Source of the DNA: a virus
Lineage: Duplodnaviria > Heunggongvirae > Uroviricota > Caudoviricetes
Virus record (IMG/VR): IMGVR_UViG_3300023371_000005
Strand: one strand, 5' to 3'
DNA length: 64,000 bases
A program made the position numbers and the translations under genes. Shown in pieces: positions 47,304 to 59,733 of the stretch. The notes under the pieces are model-generated. The model saw only the letters and a list, made by a program, of their open reading frames with translations, was not told the DNA's origin and searched no databases. The first letter of the stretch is position 1. The number at the start of each line of letters is the position of its first letter.

Positions 47304-48503
47304 ATGGCCCAAGAATCTTATTACTGTGAAAAATGTAATAGAACAATGGCGGCCGACCAGTTCTACGGTACTAATAATTTAGAAAAATATCCTGATGGTA
47401 AATTGCGCATTTGTAAGAAATGTATGACAATGCACGTAGACAATTTCAATCCGGATACTTATTTATGGATTTTACAAGAATGCGATGTTCCATATATTCC
47501 AGAAGAATGGAATAAATTATTGGCATCATATGGTAAAGACCGCAGTAAACTGACTGGTCTGTCAATTATTGGTAGATATCTATCAAAAATGAAATTGAAG
47601 CAATTCCGAGATTATCGCTGGGAACACACCGAGCATCTTCAAGAAGTTGCGAATAAGAAAATTGAAGAGACGATGAAGCGTCAAGGATATGACGCAGTTG
47701 AAATCGCTCAAGCTGTCGCTCAGGCGACTGTCCCCGTCCCGCAGGGCATCATCGAACAACCAAAGTATGAAGAACCTAATCCATTCTTGGCATCTGGTGA
47801 AGAAGATTATTTTTCAGAGCAAAATGGTGGTCAAGATGACTTTGTTGATGATTTGACTGAAGAGGATAAAACCTATTTGCGTTTGAAATGGGGAAAAACT
47901 TATAAACCCGAAGAATGGGTTCGATTAGAACAGCTATATGAAGAAATGATGGCATCATATGATATTCAAGGTGCCGGACACATCGATACACTAAAATTGG
48001 TATGTAAGACATCTCTAAAGGCGAATCAATTAATCGACATTGGCGATATTGAAGGCTTCCAAAAGATGAGCAAAGTTTATGATAGTTTGATGAAGTCTGG
48101 TAAGTTCACCGCACAACAGAATAAAGCTGAAAGTGGTGACTTCGTTGATTCAATTGGCGAACTAATTGAAATGTGCGAAAAACAAGGATATATTGAAAGA
48201 TATTATATTGAATCTCCAAAAGATAGAGTTGATATGACAATTGCGGATATGCAGAGATATACTAAAACTCTGGTTGAAGAAGAAACCAATTTGTCAATCA
48301 TGGTTGAAAAGGCTCTACGTGATATTGAGAAAGAAGATAAGGCTGAAGCTGAAAATACTGAAGATACAATTATCGATGATATTGATTTGAGTCTTGAGGA
48401 TTTGGAAAAGACCTTGAAAGATCAAGATTATGTGGATTTCCAAGACTTCTTAGATGAAGAAGCTGAAGCTGACTCTGATTACTTGAATCGAGGTAGACGG
48501 TAA
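47304..48503 (+). CDS. Zn-binding protein upstream of TerL (possible small terminase)
   Basis: CEKC...CKKC; stop overlaps the TerL start. Confidence 0.55.
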   Translation: MAQESYYCEKCNRTMAADQFYGTNNLEKYPDGKLRICKKCMTMHVDNFNPDTYLWILQECDVPYIPEEWNKLLASYGKDRSKLTGLSIIGRYLSKMKLKQFRDYRWEHTEHLQEVANKKIEETMKRQGYDAVEIAQAVAQATVPVPQGIIEQPKYEEPNPFLASGEEDYFSEQNGGQDDFVDDLTEEDKTYLRLKWGKTYKPEEWVRLEQLYEEMMASYDIQGAGHIDTLKLVCKTSLKANQLIDIGDIEGFQKMSKVYDSLMKSGKFTAQQNKAESGDFVDSIGELIEMCEKQGYIERYYIESPKDRVDMTIADMQRYTKTLVEEETNLSIMVEKALRDIEKEDKAEAENTEDTIIDDIDLSLEDLEKTLKDQDYVDFQDFLDEEAEADSDYLNRGRR

Positions 48504-50242
48504 TGGCTTTACAAGATTTACTTGATTTATCAACATCCCGGAGAAAGATTGGTCTTTCTCCGGAACGTGTTGAGGCTGTTATGCCTACAATACGAAAGTA
48601 CATAGCCTTTTGGAGAGAATATCCTGATTTATTCGTTGACTTTATGGTACGTGGAACTAGTACCGAAGTAAAAGATGGAGAATTCTGTTTTTATTTCTAT
48701 CAAAGAGTTTTCCTTCGTTGCGTTATGAGATATTAGTATGTGTATGCGGTTTTTCCTCGTGCATATTCTAAATCTTTCTTGACTGTTATGGCATTGATGT
48801 GCCGTTGTATTTTATATCCCAATGCTCACTTGTTTGTCACTTCTGGTGGTAAGGAGCAGGGTGCTTCTATTCTACAAAGTAAAGTAGAAGAAATTTGTAA
48901 ATTGATTCCCAGCTTTGAAAGAGAAATTGACTGGGGACGAGGTAAGACTTTAACTGGTAAAGATAAAGTCCGATATGTATTTAAGAATGGTTCTGTTCTG
49001 GATAACCTTGCGGCCCGTGAATCTACGCGTGGTCAGCGTCGTCATGGCGGCGTAATGGAGGAATGTGTTGGTATTGATGACCAAATCCTTCGCGAAGTTA
49101 TTATCCCTGTTATGGCTATCTCTCGTCGTGCGAAAGATGGTACTACTAATGAAAAAGAACCTTTGAATAAATCTCAGATTTATATTACAACTGCTGGATA
49201 TAAAGGAACTTATCCATATGATAGATTGATTGGTTTCTTGGTTCGTATGGTCACTCAGCCCGATCGCTGTATTGTGCTTGGTGGTACTTGGAGAACGCCA
49301 GTGGCAATGGGATTACAGAGTAAAACATTCATTACCGACCAGAAGAATGAAGGTACTTATAATGAAGCCTCTTTCGAGCGTGAGTATGAGTCTAAGTGGT
49401 CTGGTACTGTTGAAGATGCATTCTTCAATGGAGAACATTTTACTCGTAATAGAAAATTATTACAACCTGAATATGAACATTCCGGAAGGTCTGCGGCCGG
49501 CGCTTATTATGTGCTATCAGTCGACGTAGGTCGTAAGGGATGTGATTCTGTTGTTTGTGTATTCAAGGTGACGCCGCAGGCGCAAGGCCCTGCTATCAAG
49601 TCTTTGGTAAATATTTATACAATGGCTGATGAACACTTTGAAGATCAAGCAATTAAGCTGAAAAAACTGTTCTATAAGTATAAAGCTAGAACTCTCGTAA
49701 TCGACGGTAATGGTGTTGGTTTGGGTCTAATTGATTATATGATTAAATCTTAGAATGATGAAAATGGAGACTTCTATCCTGACTTTGGCGTTCAAAACGA
49801 CGATGAAGGTTATTATAAAAAGTATAGAACAGCTAATACTGAATATGATGCTATGTATATTATCAAGGCAAATGCGCCAATCAATACAGAGTGTCACGCA
49901 AACGCACAAAGCCAACTTGCGGCCGGTAAGGTAAAATTCTTGATTGATGAAAGAACAGCAAGAGAAAAATTACTGGGAACCGCAAAAGGTTAGAAAATGA
50001 AGCCTGAGGAAAGGGCAGAATACCTTCAACCATTTACCCTAACTTCCATATTGAAAGAGGAAATGATGAATTTGCGTGAAGAAAATGAAGGCATAAATAT
50101 CATTTTGAAACAAGCAAATCGTGGAATTAGGAAGGATAAGTTTTCTGCGTTTGAATATGGTTTGTATTATATAAAACAAGAAGAAGATAAAAAGAAGAAG
50201 AAAAAGAGATTTAACGCTGCTGATTGGGCGTTTTATAATTAA
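48503..50242 (+). CDS. terL: Terminase large subunit (3 in-frame TAG)
   Basis: FPRAYSKS, RGQRRHGGVMEE, LSVDVGR, VIDGNGVG; TAGs at 48734, 49751, 49991. Confidence 0.92.
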
Positions 50243-50253
50243 GGAGGGTTGAC

Positions 50254-50610
50254 ATGAGAGCATCTCGCGGTGAGATTAAGATTGAAGAAATCTTAAAAGA
50301 AGCTGAGCTTACTTTTAAGATGGAATATATCTTCCCTGACTTAAAGAGCCCCAATGGTCGCCCTTTAAGATTTGATTTTGTCGTTTTTGATGATGATGGT
50401 AAAATTGATTTTATTATTGAATATCAAGGAAAACAGCACTATGAACCAAGTGCGAAGTTCGGTGGTAAAAAAGGATTTTATCAACAGCAATACAATGATA
50501 ATCAAAAGCGACGCTTTTGTGCTTTACATGATTTTCGTTTAATTGAAATACCATATACAGATGAAAACTTGATCTCTTATGACTATATCATGAAATTAGC
50601 AGGATATTAA
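50254..50610 (+). CDS. Vsr/PD-(D/E)xK-like nuclease domain protein
   Basis: LRFDF...IEYQGKQH; matches the C-terminal domain of 11338 and 15809. Confidence 0.7.
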   Translation: MRASRGEIKIEEILKEAELTFKMEYIFPDLKSPNGRPLRFDFVVFDDDGKIDFIIEYQGKQHYEPSAKFGGKKGFYQQQYNDNQKRRFCALHDFRLIEIPYTDENLISYDYIMKLAGY

Positions 50611-50624
50611 AAGGAGGTGGAGTT

Positions 50625-52223
50625 TTGGATAAGTTAACTAGACAAGAAGAAATTCGTGCCAAAGGTTTTGACATGGGTGGAACTACCTATGGTAAAATTA
50701 AAATTGGAACTAAAACACTTGAAGATGCCGTTTTGAATTTAGGTTCAATTCAAAAGGAAACTAGAAACATCATCAATAAAGGCGTTATTTATCGTGCGCT
50801 TGCGGATAATGATGTTGAGAAGTTAAGAGAGATTTCTAATTACTTCTATAAGACCAGCGGTATCTATCAAAGAGTATGTAATTATTTCGCTACTATGTAT
50901 CGTTATGATTGGTATGTTGTTCCAGAAGTATACGATGAAAGTATCAAAGAAGAAAAGATTGTTGGAGATTTCCATAAGGTCTTGAACTTCTTAGATAATT
51001 CATATGTCAAAAAAGTTTGCGGTGATATGGCTCTTGGCGTTATCAAGAATGGCGCTTATTATGGATATATCGTTCCCACCTCAAAAGGAATTATTATTCA
51101 AGAGTTGCCTGTAAATTATTGCCGTTCTCGTTTTAGTTTGAATAATTTACCAACTGTTGAGTTCAATATGAAGTTTTTTGATGTTATGTTCCCAGATACT
51201 GGATACAGAATGAAAGTATTGAATTTGTTCCCAGAAGAGTTCAAGAAGGGATATGCTGCTTACAAGAGTGGTAAGTTACTTCCTGAAAGTCCATGGGATA
51301 GAGATAGTGGTTGGTATTTGTTGGACCCAGAGAAAACCGTGAAATTTAGTTTTAGTAATGGTGGATTCGGCGGTGTCGATTTACCATTATTTATCAATGC
51401 GATTCCTCTTATTTTGGATTTGGATGCGGCTCAGGATTTGGATCGTAGAAAGCAAATGCAAAAGTTATTGAAAATTGTAGTTCAGAAACTCCCATTAGAT
51501 AAAAATGGTGATTTGATTTTTGACGTCGATGAAGCAAGAGATATTCATAATAATGCTGTTTAGATGTTGAAGCGTGCGGTTGGTGTTGACGTATTGACTA
51601 CTTTCGCTGATATTGAAAGTATTGATATGTCTGATAAGAATACTACTACTACTCAAGATGACTTGATGAAAGTTGAGCGTAGTGTATATAATGCTTTTGG
51701 TGTTCCGCAAAGTTTATTTAACTCTGATAGTAATTTAGCAATGAATTTATCTGTGCTAAATGATGAAGGTGCGGTCCGCACCTTGTTGCTACAATTTGGT
51801 GTTTTCTTTGATAGACTAACACAGAATTTTGGTGCGAATAAAAAGAAATACAATTTTAGATTCTATATGCTTGAGACTACTCAGTATAACTACAAAGAGT
51901 TGTCTAAGATGTATAAAGAATGTGTTCAGTTAGGATATTCTAAGATGTTGCCTCAAATTGCTTTAGGCCATTCTCAGAGTGCTATCTTGAATACTGCTTA
52001 CTTTGAAAATGAAGTTTTACATTTGAGTGAAGTTATGATTCCTCCGCTGATGTCTTCTACTATGAATATGCAAGACTTAAAGGGCAATTCTAATCAAACT
52101 CAAACTAACAAAACTCAAACTAAATCAGGAGGATAGTCTTCTGAGAAGTCTGCGGGCCGACCGGAGAAACCAGACAATCAAAAGAGCGATAAGACTATCC
52201 AAAATAAAGAATCTATGAGCTAA
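50625..52223 (+). CDS. Portal protein (2 in-frame TAG)
   Basis: Position after TerL; TAGs at 51561 and 52134; 532 aa ending GRPEK...KESMS. Confidence 0.8.
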
Positions 52224-52234
52224 GGAGGAGCAAG

Positions 52235-53761
52235 ATGCATACAAGTATTAAGTTAGATACACCTGTTGAGTTTATCAACATTACTCCTCTCAATCCTTTG
52301 ATTTCTAAATGTCAGATTAAGGTGTGCTACGTAAGCGATGAACCAAATCGTAACCGTAGTATCATCACCAAAGAAGTTGCAAAGCAAATGGCTAATTCAT
52401 TGCCAGGATGCCCTATCGTTGGTTTTTATAATGAAGATAAGGGCGACTTTGAGGAGCACAATCGTATCATTGATATTTCCAATGGAAAGTTCGAGATCAA
52501 GGATACTACTCGCCCATACGGTTTCGTTGATTTGAGTGCGAAAGTTTGGTTCCAAAAGTTCTTGGATGATGGAATGACTGAGCGAGAGTATATGATGACT
52601 GAGGGCTGGTTATGGACCGGCCAATATCCAGAGTGCCGCAGAATCCTGGCACATGGAAATAATCAATCCATGGAATTGGATGAAGGTACATTAGATGCTC
52701 ATTGGTCAAAAGATGGTAATGGAGATCCCAAATTCTTTATTATCAATGAAGCAATTATTTCAAAACTTTGTACTCTTGGTGAAAGTAATGAACCCTGCTT
52801 CGAGGGTGCCAACATTACTGCACCTACCATTCAATTCGCTTTTGAAGATGGCTTTAAAGAGCAACTATTCTCTATGATGAACGAATTGAAAGAATATTTG
52901 AATAAAGGAGGAGAAAAAGTGTTTACTAGATATGCTGTTGAAATCGGTGACGCTTTATGGACCGCTCTTTATAGTCGCGTTGAAGATGCTTACGTTATTG
53001 AGAGCGTATGTGAAGATGGTGAGCAGAAGTTCGCTGTTGTTACTGCCGATGATAAGTATTACCGTTTAGATTTCTCCATCGCTGAAGACGGCGTAATTGA
53101 GTTCGCTGCTGAACCTGTTTTGATGGAAGAGTATACTCCATCTGAAGAGCCTCAGTTTGATCCTGTCGCTGTTGATGAATATGCCAAGTCTAAGAAGGCC
53201 GCCAAGAAGGATGAAGATGATGACGAGCCTGAAAAGAAAGATGGCGAAGGCGAGGAAGAAAAGTGCCCTAAGTGCGGCAAGCCTAAGTCTGAGTGTGAAT
53301 GCGAAGACGAAGATGACGACGATAAAAAGAAAAAGGGCAAGAAAGAAAAATACAATCTTGATGAAATTCAAGAATATGTAGAGCTAAGCTCCAAATATTC
53401 TGACTTGGAGACTAATTATAATGCTGCTCAGGAAAAAATCGCTGACCTAGAAGCTCAGATTGGTGAGTTGACTGCATTTAAGAAGTCCATTGAAAAGGCA
53501 GAAAAAGAGAAAATGATTGACAGTTTCTATATGCTGTCTGATGATGACAAGAAGGATGTTATTGAGAACATCGATACTTATTCTCTGGATGATATTGAAG
53601 CTAAGCTATCAATTATTTGTGTTCGCAACAAGGTCAGTTTCAACCTTGATGATGATAAGAACAATGGCGTAACCACCTATAATTTGGATGGTGGAGTTCC
53701 TGCGGACGAGACTGTTCCCGCTTGGATTAAAGCCTTGCGTTCTGTTGCGAGTGAAATGTAA
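52235..53761 (+). CDS. Prohead protease/scaffold-like protein
   Basis: Between portal and capsid genes; acidic low-complexity and coiled-coil C-terminus. Confidence 0.6.
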   Translation: MHTSIKLDTPVEFINITPLNPLISKCQIKVCYVSDEPNRNRSIITKEVAKQMANSLPGCPIVGFYNEDKGDFEEHNRIIDISNGKFEIKDTTRPYGFVDLSAKVWFQKFLDDGMTEREYMMTEGWLWTGQYPECRRILAHGNNQSMELDEGTLDAHWSKDGNGDPKFFIINEAIISKLCTLGESNEPCFEGANITAPTIQFAFEDGFKEQLFSMMNELKEYLNKGGEKVFTRYAVEIGDALWTALYSRVEDAYVIESVCEDGEQKFAVVTADDKYYRLDFSIAEDGVIEFAAEPVLMEEYTPSEEPQFDPVAVDEYAKSKKAAKKDEDDDEPEKKDGEGEEEKCPKCGKPKSECECEDEDDDDKKKKGKKEKYNLDEIQEYVELSSKYSDLETNYNAAQEKIADLEAQIGELTAFKKSIEKAEKEKMIDSFYMLSDDDKKDVIENIDTYSLDDIEAKLSIICVRNKVSFNLDDDKNNGVTTYNLDGGVPADETVPAWIKALRSVASEM

Positions 53762-53788
53762 TAAAAACTAATAAGGAGGAAAATAGAA

Positions 53789-54607
53789 ATGCTTAGAGAA
53801 TTATTGAAGAAGCATATTAAGTCTCAGGCAGAGTTCGTAGAAGTCGGCTACGGTCAGGTTGAACCCAACCACCTAAGCGCTCAGAGAACTGCTCAGATTT
53901 ATGCTCAGTTGCCTGCTGATCCTGCTATTAAGGTTCTAGAGCAGGGACAGTTTGTTAAGTATGACTATGCAGCTGGCCTTGTAAACTTTACTGGTGCAGG
54001 CGAGTGGATGCTTGTTTATAACGAAATCAAGTTGTATCGTGAGCATCAGTTAGATTGCGAGTTCGCAATGTTAAAAGACAATTATCAGGCTCGTGTTTAT
54101 AGCCCATTGGATCACACCAAGCCTGAGGAGATGTACGGTCCTACCCGTTTCATGAACGGCGTAAGAGAGCGTTATAATCCTACTACCGGCGCTTTCGAGC
54201 AGTTGGATGAAATCAAGAATCCTGAGACTGGCGAAGTTGCTGATTACAGCGTTATTTCTAGCGTACATGACTACTATGAGATGAACGACATCAACAATCC
54301 TGAAATCGAGGGAGACGCTCGTAAGAGATTGTTCATGAAGTTGCGTGATTACCAGGAGAAGATGATGCCCGCAGGTACTACTATGGTTCCTCGTGTATTC
54401 AAGACTAATGTTGGTGACCACTACACTACCAACCTAATCCATGCTGAACCCGGCTCTTTGAAGGAGTTCGATCTATTGGCTCCTCGTGCTGCCGATGGTA
54501 TCTTAGAGCCTGTTGCTGATGCTTCTGGCGATATGGTATGGCAGGTTGCTAAGGTTTACACTATGCCTGACCACCAGCCTGGTGTCAAGGTTATTAGAAT
54601 TAAGTAA
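53789..54607 (+). CDS. Head structural/decoration protein
   Basis: Immediately before the capsid gene, strongly biased codons, no TAG. Confidence 0.6.
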   Translation: MLRELLKKHIKSQAEFVEVGYGQVEPNHLSAQRTAQIYAQLPADPAIKVLEQGQFVKYDYAAGLVNFTGAGEWMLVYNEIKLYREHQLDCEFAMLKDNYQARVYSPLDHTKPEEMYGPTRFMNGVRERYNPTTGAFEQLDEIKNPETGEVADYSVISSVHDYYEMNDINNPEIEGDARKRLFMKLRDYQEKMMPAGTTMVPRVFKTNVGDHYTTNLIHAEPGSLKEFDLLAPRAADGILEPVADASGDMVWQVAKVYTMPDHQPGVKVIRIK

Positions 54608-54626
54608 TTGAAAGGAGAGAAGTATA

Positions 54627-55766
54627 ATGGCTTTAGATAAGAAAAATTTAGTACAGCTGGCAAAGACTGTAGCAAAAGCTGACCCTTCTGCTCCTGTTTC
54701 TTACAGCTTCAATGGCGAAAGTTTTAACTATGAGACTCTAAATGAGACTCTACGCCGTGAATTCAATGAGATTGCTGGTACTTACGCTTTGTATCGTGAG
54801 AACAAGCACCTGATCTTCGCAGTTATCGAAGAGACTATGGACGAGGTTCTGCCTAAGAAGGTTGAGCAGGCTTATATGCAGTTTGCTGAGACCAAGCAGT
54901 TCGCTCAGGGCGACAAGCCTATTTTCCGTCGTAAGAGAGACGTTCGTCAGCGCGCTAAGCAGTTCGTAACTCGCGTTGGTCTAGCAGGTATTTACGAAGT
55001 CTTCAAGCTAGGTCCTAGTGAAGAAGAGAGCTTCGAAGTCCGCACTAGCGCCATCGGTGGAGCTGCTCAGATCGGCTTCGAAGAGTTCTTGGATGGACGT
55101 GTTGACTTCGCTGAAGTAACTAATATCGTCATGGAAGGCATGAACGAGTTGATCATGAAGGAAGTTGGTCATGCACTAGCTGCTTCTATCAATCAGTTGC
55201 CTCCTGCTAATATCGCTGTTGTTAATGGTTTCGACGAGCAGGAATTCGATCGCTTGTTGGTTATCGCTTCTGCTTACGGTGAGCCTACCATTTACTGCAC
55301 TTACGAGTTTGCCGTAAAGATGGTTCCTACCGAGGGTTGGAGATACACTGAGTCCATGAAGCAGCAGTTGTGGGATACTGGTCACTTGGCTACTTACAAG
55401 GGACGTAAGGTTGTTATTCTACCCCAGGGCTTAGAGGATGAGACCAATATGCGCAAGGTAATCAATCCTGGTTACTGCTACATCATCCCCGCTGGTGCTG
55501 ACACCAAGCCTGTGAAGATTGCTTTCGAGGGTAATACCATTGTTGACGAGTTCAATAACTATGACCGTTCTCGTGATATTCACGTCTATAAGAAGGTCGG
55601 CGTTCTAGCTATGTTGGCTAACAACATCTGCGCTTACGCTGATGCTAGCTTGTTGGGTCAGATGGATATTGCTGGCTCTGTTTGGGATAGCACTGCTTAT
55701 GTAAGTGAAGTTAAGGCTTATGCTGAGTCCACTTACAATCCTAACTACGAGTTCCCAAAGGTTTAA
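54627..55766 (+). CDS. Major capsid protein
   Basis: 379 aa, strong codon bias, head-module position, followed by terminator 55789-55830. Confidence 0.8.
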   Translation: MALDKKNLVQLAKTVAKADPSAPVSYSFNGESFNYETLNETLRREFNEIAGTYALYRENKHLIFAVIEETMDEVLPKKVEQAYMQFAETKQFAQGDKPIFRRKRDVRQRAKQFVTRVGLAGIYEVFKLGPSEEESFEVRTSAIGGAAQIGFEEFLDGRVDFAEVTNIVMEGMNELIMKEVGHALAASINQLPPANIAVVNGFDEQEFDRLLVIASAYGEPTIYCTYEFAVKMVPTEGWRYTESMKQQLWDTGHLATYKGRKVVILPQGLEDETNMRKVINPGYCYIIPAGADTKPVKIAFEGNTIVDEFNNYDRSRDIHVYKKVGVLAMLANNICAYADASLLGQMDIAGSVWDSTAYVSEVKAYAESTYNPNYEFPKV

Positions 55767-55854
55767 TTTAATATAAAATAATTAGTTTAGAGGGGGAAGA
55801 GGGGATATCCCCACTTCCCCCTATTTTTTATTATGAGAAAAAGGAGATAATACA

Positions 55855-56439
55855 ATGGCTATTTTTAATGTAAAGAACAGAGGTGCTAGTTGGGTCACCT
55901 ATAAGATTCCAGAAGACGGAATCCGCAGAAGTTTTGCTCCCGGCGAAGTAAAGAAAGTTAGCGATGTTGAATTGGAAAAGCTAACTTATCAGCCTGGTGG
56001 TATGGTTATTCTTTCCCAGTTCCTTCAGATTCAAGACGAAGTTGCTCTAAGAAATTTGAATATTCGTACTGAGCCTGAGTATCATATGAGCGAAGCAGAT
56101 GTTGCTGCTTTGATTAGAACTGGTTCTTTAGATGCTTTCTTAGATGCTCTTGATTTTGCTCCAGCTGGAGTTATTGATTTGATCAAGAAGTTGAGCTTGG
56201 AAATTCCTCTAATGGATTTGGGTAAGAGAAAGGCTTTGAAAGATAAGACTGGTCTTGATGTCGATGCTGCTCTAAAGAACAGAGAAGCTGAGAAGGAAGA
56301 CGAGAATGGTGGAAATACCATCCTAAAGCAGACTGAGCGTAGAGTGAAGACTGAGGAAGTCGCTCCTGGTCGTCGTACCACTACTCCTAAGTACAATATT
56401 ATTAAGACAGAGCCAGCAGCTGATAAAGCTACTGAATAA
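55855..56439 (+). CDS. Virion-associated hypothetical protein
   Basis: Follows the capsid gene. Confidence 0.7.
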   Translation: MAIFNVKNRGASWVTYKIPEDGIRRSFAPGEVKKVSDVELEKLTYQPGGMVILSQFLQIQDEVALRNLNIRTEPEYHMSEADVAALIRTGSLDAFLDALDFAPAGVIDLIKKLSLEIPLMDLGKRKALKDKTGLDVDAALKNREAEKEDENGGNTILKQTERRVKTEEVAPGRRTTTPKYNIIKTEPAADKATE

Positions 56440-56461
56440 TAAAATATAAGGAGGCAATTAT

Positions 56462-57040
56462 ATGACATTATTTTCGTCTGTCTATAATCGCTTTCTTGGA
56501 CAAGTTACCGATGACCTCTATCTAGAGCTCACTCCAGAAGATACATTAAGAGATTTACAAAATCTTTTGCTTAATGCAATTCCGGGTTTTGAATTTCCTA
56601 GACAAAATCTTTATGATTATACTCTTAATTTGACAGAAAAGCTGGAAAGTGATGTAACCCCTGATGAATTTATTTTAGGTACTATCTGGGGTAATTTAGA
56701 TGGAGAATTATTAGAAACTCCTAAAGTCCTAGTAGATAATTCACATTTTAATGTTGAACTTACTGCTGAGGAAATTAATATCTTGGCGCTTTTAATGAAA
56801 CAAGGTTGGGTTCAGCGTCAAGTAACTTCAATTGAAAATACTCGTATGAAATATAGTGGAAGCGATTTTAAAATGACTTCTCAAGCTAATCATTTATCTA
56901 AGTTATTAGCTTTGTTAGAAGAGAGTCGAAGAGATTCTTTCCATATGCAAAGACTATATAAGCGTCGTAAATTTACGGCCGATGGTAAATATGCCTCCAA
57001 CTGGGGCAGTTTAATGGAGACTAGTGCTCTTGATTACTAA
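56462..57040 (+). CDS. Probable head-tail adaptor/neck protein
   Basis: Synteny only. Confidence 0.55.
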   Translation: MTLFSSVYNRFLGQVTDDLYLELTPEDTLRDLQNLLLNAIPGFEFPRQNLYDYTLNLTEKLESDVTPDEFILGTIWGNLDGELLETPKVLVDNSHFNVELTAEEINILALLMKQGWVQRQVTSIENTRMKYSGSDFKMTSQANHLSKLLALLEESRRDSFHMQRLYKRRKFTADGKYASNWGSLMETSALDY

Positions 57041-57335
57041 GTATGGTTTTGAATTTCGTGTGTATGATATTGAAGTAAATGTTCGTCGCTTAACCAACCA
57101 ATTATGGAAGCTAATTCCAATGCGCGAACACGAAGAAGATTGGCTGAAACAATTAGATACAGTAACTATTGAGATTGCGGGACTGAATGAAATTTTTACA
57201 GGCCCGCAATTTTTACAGATGTTATGTAAATTAGAGGGATTAAAGACCTAGGAAACAGAATTTGAGCTATATCGCAAAACTGTGTTTGAATGCATTAGTT
57301 TATTGTAGGAGCTAAACCATGGCATCAGGTTATGA
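57024..57335 (+). CDS. Hypothetical protein (2 in-frame TAG)
   Basis: TAGs at 57249 and 57306; ends at TGA overlapping the next start. Confidence 0.65.
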
Positions 57336-58365
57336 TTTAAGTAGTCAAATCCCTTTTAGATTGATGAAAGGCCGATTAGGAGTTTATGATAAAAGAAAGT
57401 TTGATCCAAAGAAGAGTGGGGTTGATGGAGTTCTTCATCAATCAGCTCGTATGGGACAAGCTGGCGGTAATCTATAGCAAGAGCGAATGATTAAAGATAA
57501 ACGTCGTTCTTTAGACCATGCGGTTTGGTATTCTTATCAAGGTGCAAAAGTTATTCCTGTAGATGCGAGCGATCGGACGCCGATCCGCGCACTTATCAAT
57601 CCGAATAAGTTGAAAATGGATTATGATGATAAAATTATTTCAGTGGGCTATGAATATAACTTTGCTCCTGGAACGGTTTTTGAGTGGGTTGGTACAGGAA
57701 CTTATTGGATTGTACAATTACAAGATTTAACTGAATTAGCTTATTTTCGTGGAGATATAAGAAGATGCCGTTATGAAATTGCTTGGGAAGATGAAAACGG
57801 TAAGCATAAAACTTATGCGGCTGTTAGAGGTCCCGTTGAAACGAAAATCAATTATATTCAAAAGCATGGAATAAGTGTTGATACTCCTAATCTTTCGCTG
57901 AATCTTTATTTACCATTAAATGAAGATACAAAAAATTATTTCAAACGTTATTCTAAATTTTATTTGTAGAATGATGATACTTGTTGGCGTGTTGAAGCTC
58001 TTGATTGGATTTCTACTCCTGGTATTTTAGAGATTGCCGCAGTTGAATATTATGCAAATGAATTTGAAGATGATGTTGAAAATGGTGTTGTAGATGGATT
58101 AATTGAAGAAATTCCAGATCCAAATGTAGCTGGTGGTAAGATTATTGGTGATACCTTCATTAAAATTAGACAACCTGCTGTGTTTAAATTTGATGGTAAT
58201 ATTGGAGCAGTCTGGGAAGTGGATAAAAAATATCCTGTGACCTTAGATATTGATAAAGATGATCCTCGTATAGTAGTAGTTACCTGGGAAGGATCATTCA
58301 GCGGTTAGTTTGAATTGAGATATTCAAAATATAGTAAGACTATTGTAGTAGAATCTCTATTTTAA
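57319..58365 (+). CDS. Probable head-closure/neck protein (3 in-frame TAG)
   Basis: GGNL[TAG]QERMIKDK; TAGs at 57475, 57967, 58306. Confidence 0.7.
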
Positions 58366-58391
58366 GAACTAAGAGTAAAAGGAGTGTTTAT

Positions 58392-58982
58392 ATGAAAATT
58401 GAAACTTATACATATCCTAAGTCTAGTTTTTTAGCTTTAGAAAAGGATATGGGTATTATTGTTTAGATGATTATGAAAAATGATCGTTTAAAGAAAATGC
58501 TTTATTACACAACCAAGGATTGTTTAGATAGACCAAAACTAACTAAAATGTAGACCAATAGTTTATTTGGAGAGCAAATAAAAATTGTTCCAAAATTATA
58601 TATAGATCATTCTGTATTAAATTATATTATCGTTAGTTTTGATAATTTTGTACCAAATCGTACTAATCCAGAATTTAGAGATAATATTATTGAATTTGAT
58701 ATTATTTGTCATTATGATCAATGGCATATGAAAGATTTTGAATTGCGTCCATATAAAATTGCAGCAGAATTAGATTCTATGTTTAGTGAATAGCATTTAA
58801 CTGGCATTGGTAAATTAGAATTTAATGGTGCTAATCAAATTTTACTTACCGATGAATATGCTGGTTTATGTATTACTTTTAGAGCAATCCATGGAGAAGA
58901 AGATAAAAAATTTATGCCGAATCCAATGGATGAAGAGGCATTTATTGAGAACTTTAATGCAATTTTTAATGAGGATAAATAA
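58392..58982 (+). CDS. Probable tail-completion protein (3 in-frame TAG)
   Basis: Absent from the ORF track; a continuous 196-aa frame when TAG is read as Gln; GGAG RBS. Confidence 0.7.
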
Positions 58983-58984
58983 TT

Positions 58985-59710
58985 ATGGATACTAGATTAG
59001 CTCTAATGTGTGGAGCTGATTATCCAGTTCCAGAATTATAGATTACAGTTCATTAGCCTCAAATAAAAGAAATTGCATATATTGGGGAGACAGATTTTTT
59101 CTCAGGAGTTCAATGTTTGTGTTTGAATAAATCTATGTTTGTAAAGGACGAAAGTGATTTACTCAATACGAGCAACTTTTAGATATTTATGACGATAATG
59201 TCAGAAAAAGAAGCGGCAGATAAAAAAAGAGCTGTTTAGCAAGTTTGTTCTTTGTTTTTTCCAAAACATAGATTGCTGATGACACCACGCTCTGTGCTAT
59301 TAAGTGATGGCTCAGCAAATATTCAAATTGATGAAACTAACTTTGAATTTTTACAAAATGCTATATCAACTATTTGCTGTTTAAAAACTGGCCCTATGGA
59401 TCAGACAACTTTCAATCCCGCAGATGCTAAAGCGAGAGAGATCGCTGAAAAACTTATGCGAGGACGTTAGAGAGTTGCGGCTCAAAAGGGCGAAACTAAC
59501 ACAAGTATATTTAGCCAATATCTTTCAATCATTACTGTAGGACTACATTCAATGTCTCTACAAGACGCGACTGAATTGACCATGTTCCAATTATACGATT
59601 TAGTTGAAAGATATATGCTATATATTAATTGGGATATGGATATTCGGTCTCGGTTGGCTGGCGCAAAGCCGGATTCTTAGCCGGATAACTGGATGAAAAA
59701 TATCCACTAA
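58985..59710 (+). CDS. Tail-associated hypothetical protein (6 in-frame TAG)
   Basis: 241-aa frame, e.g. TVH[Q]PQIKEIA, RGR[Q]RVA, DS[Q]PDNW. Confidence 0.75.
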
Positions 59711-59733
59711 TATTTTTAAGGAGGATACTACCT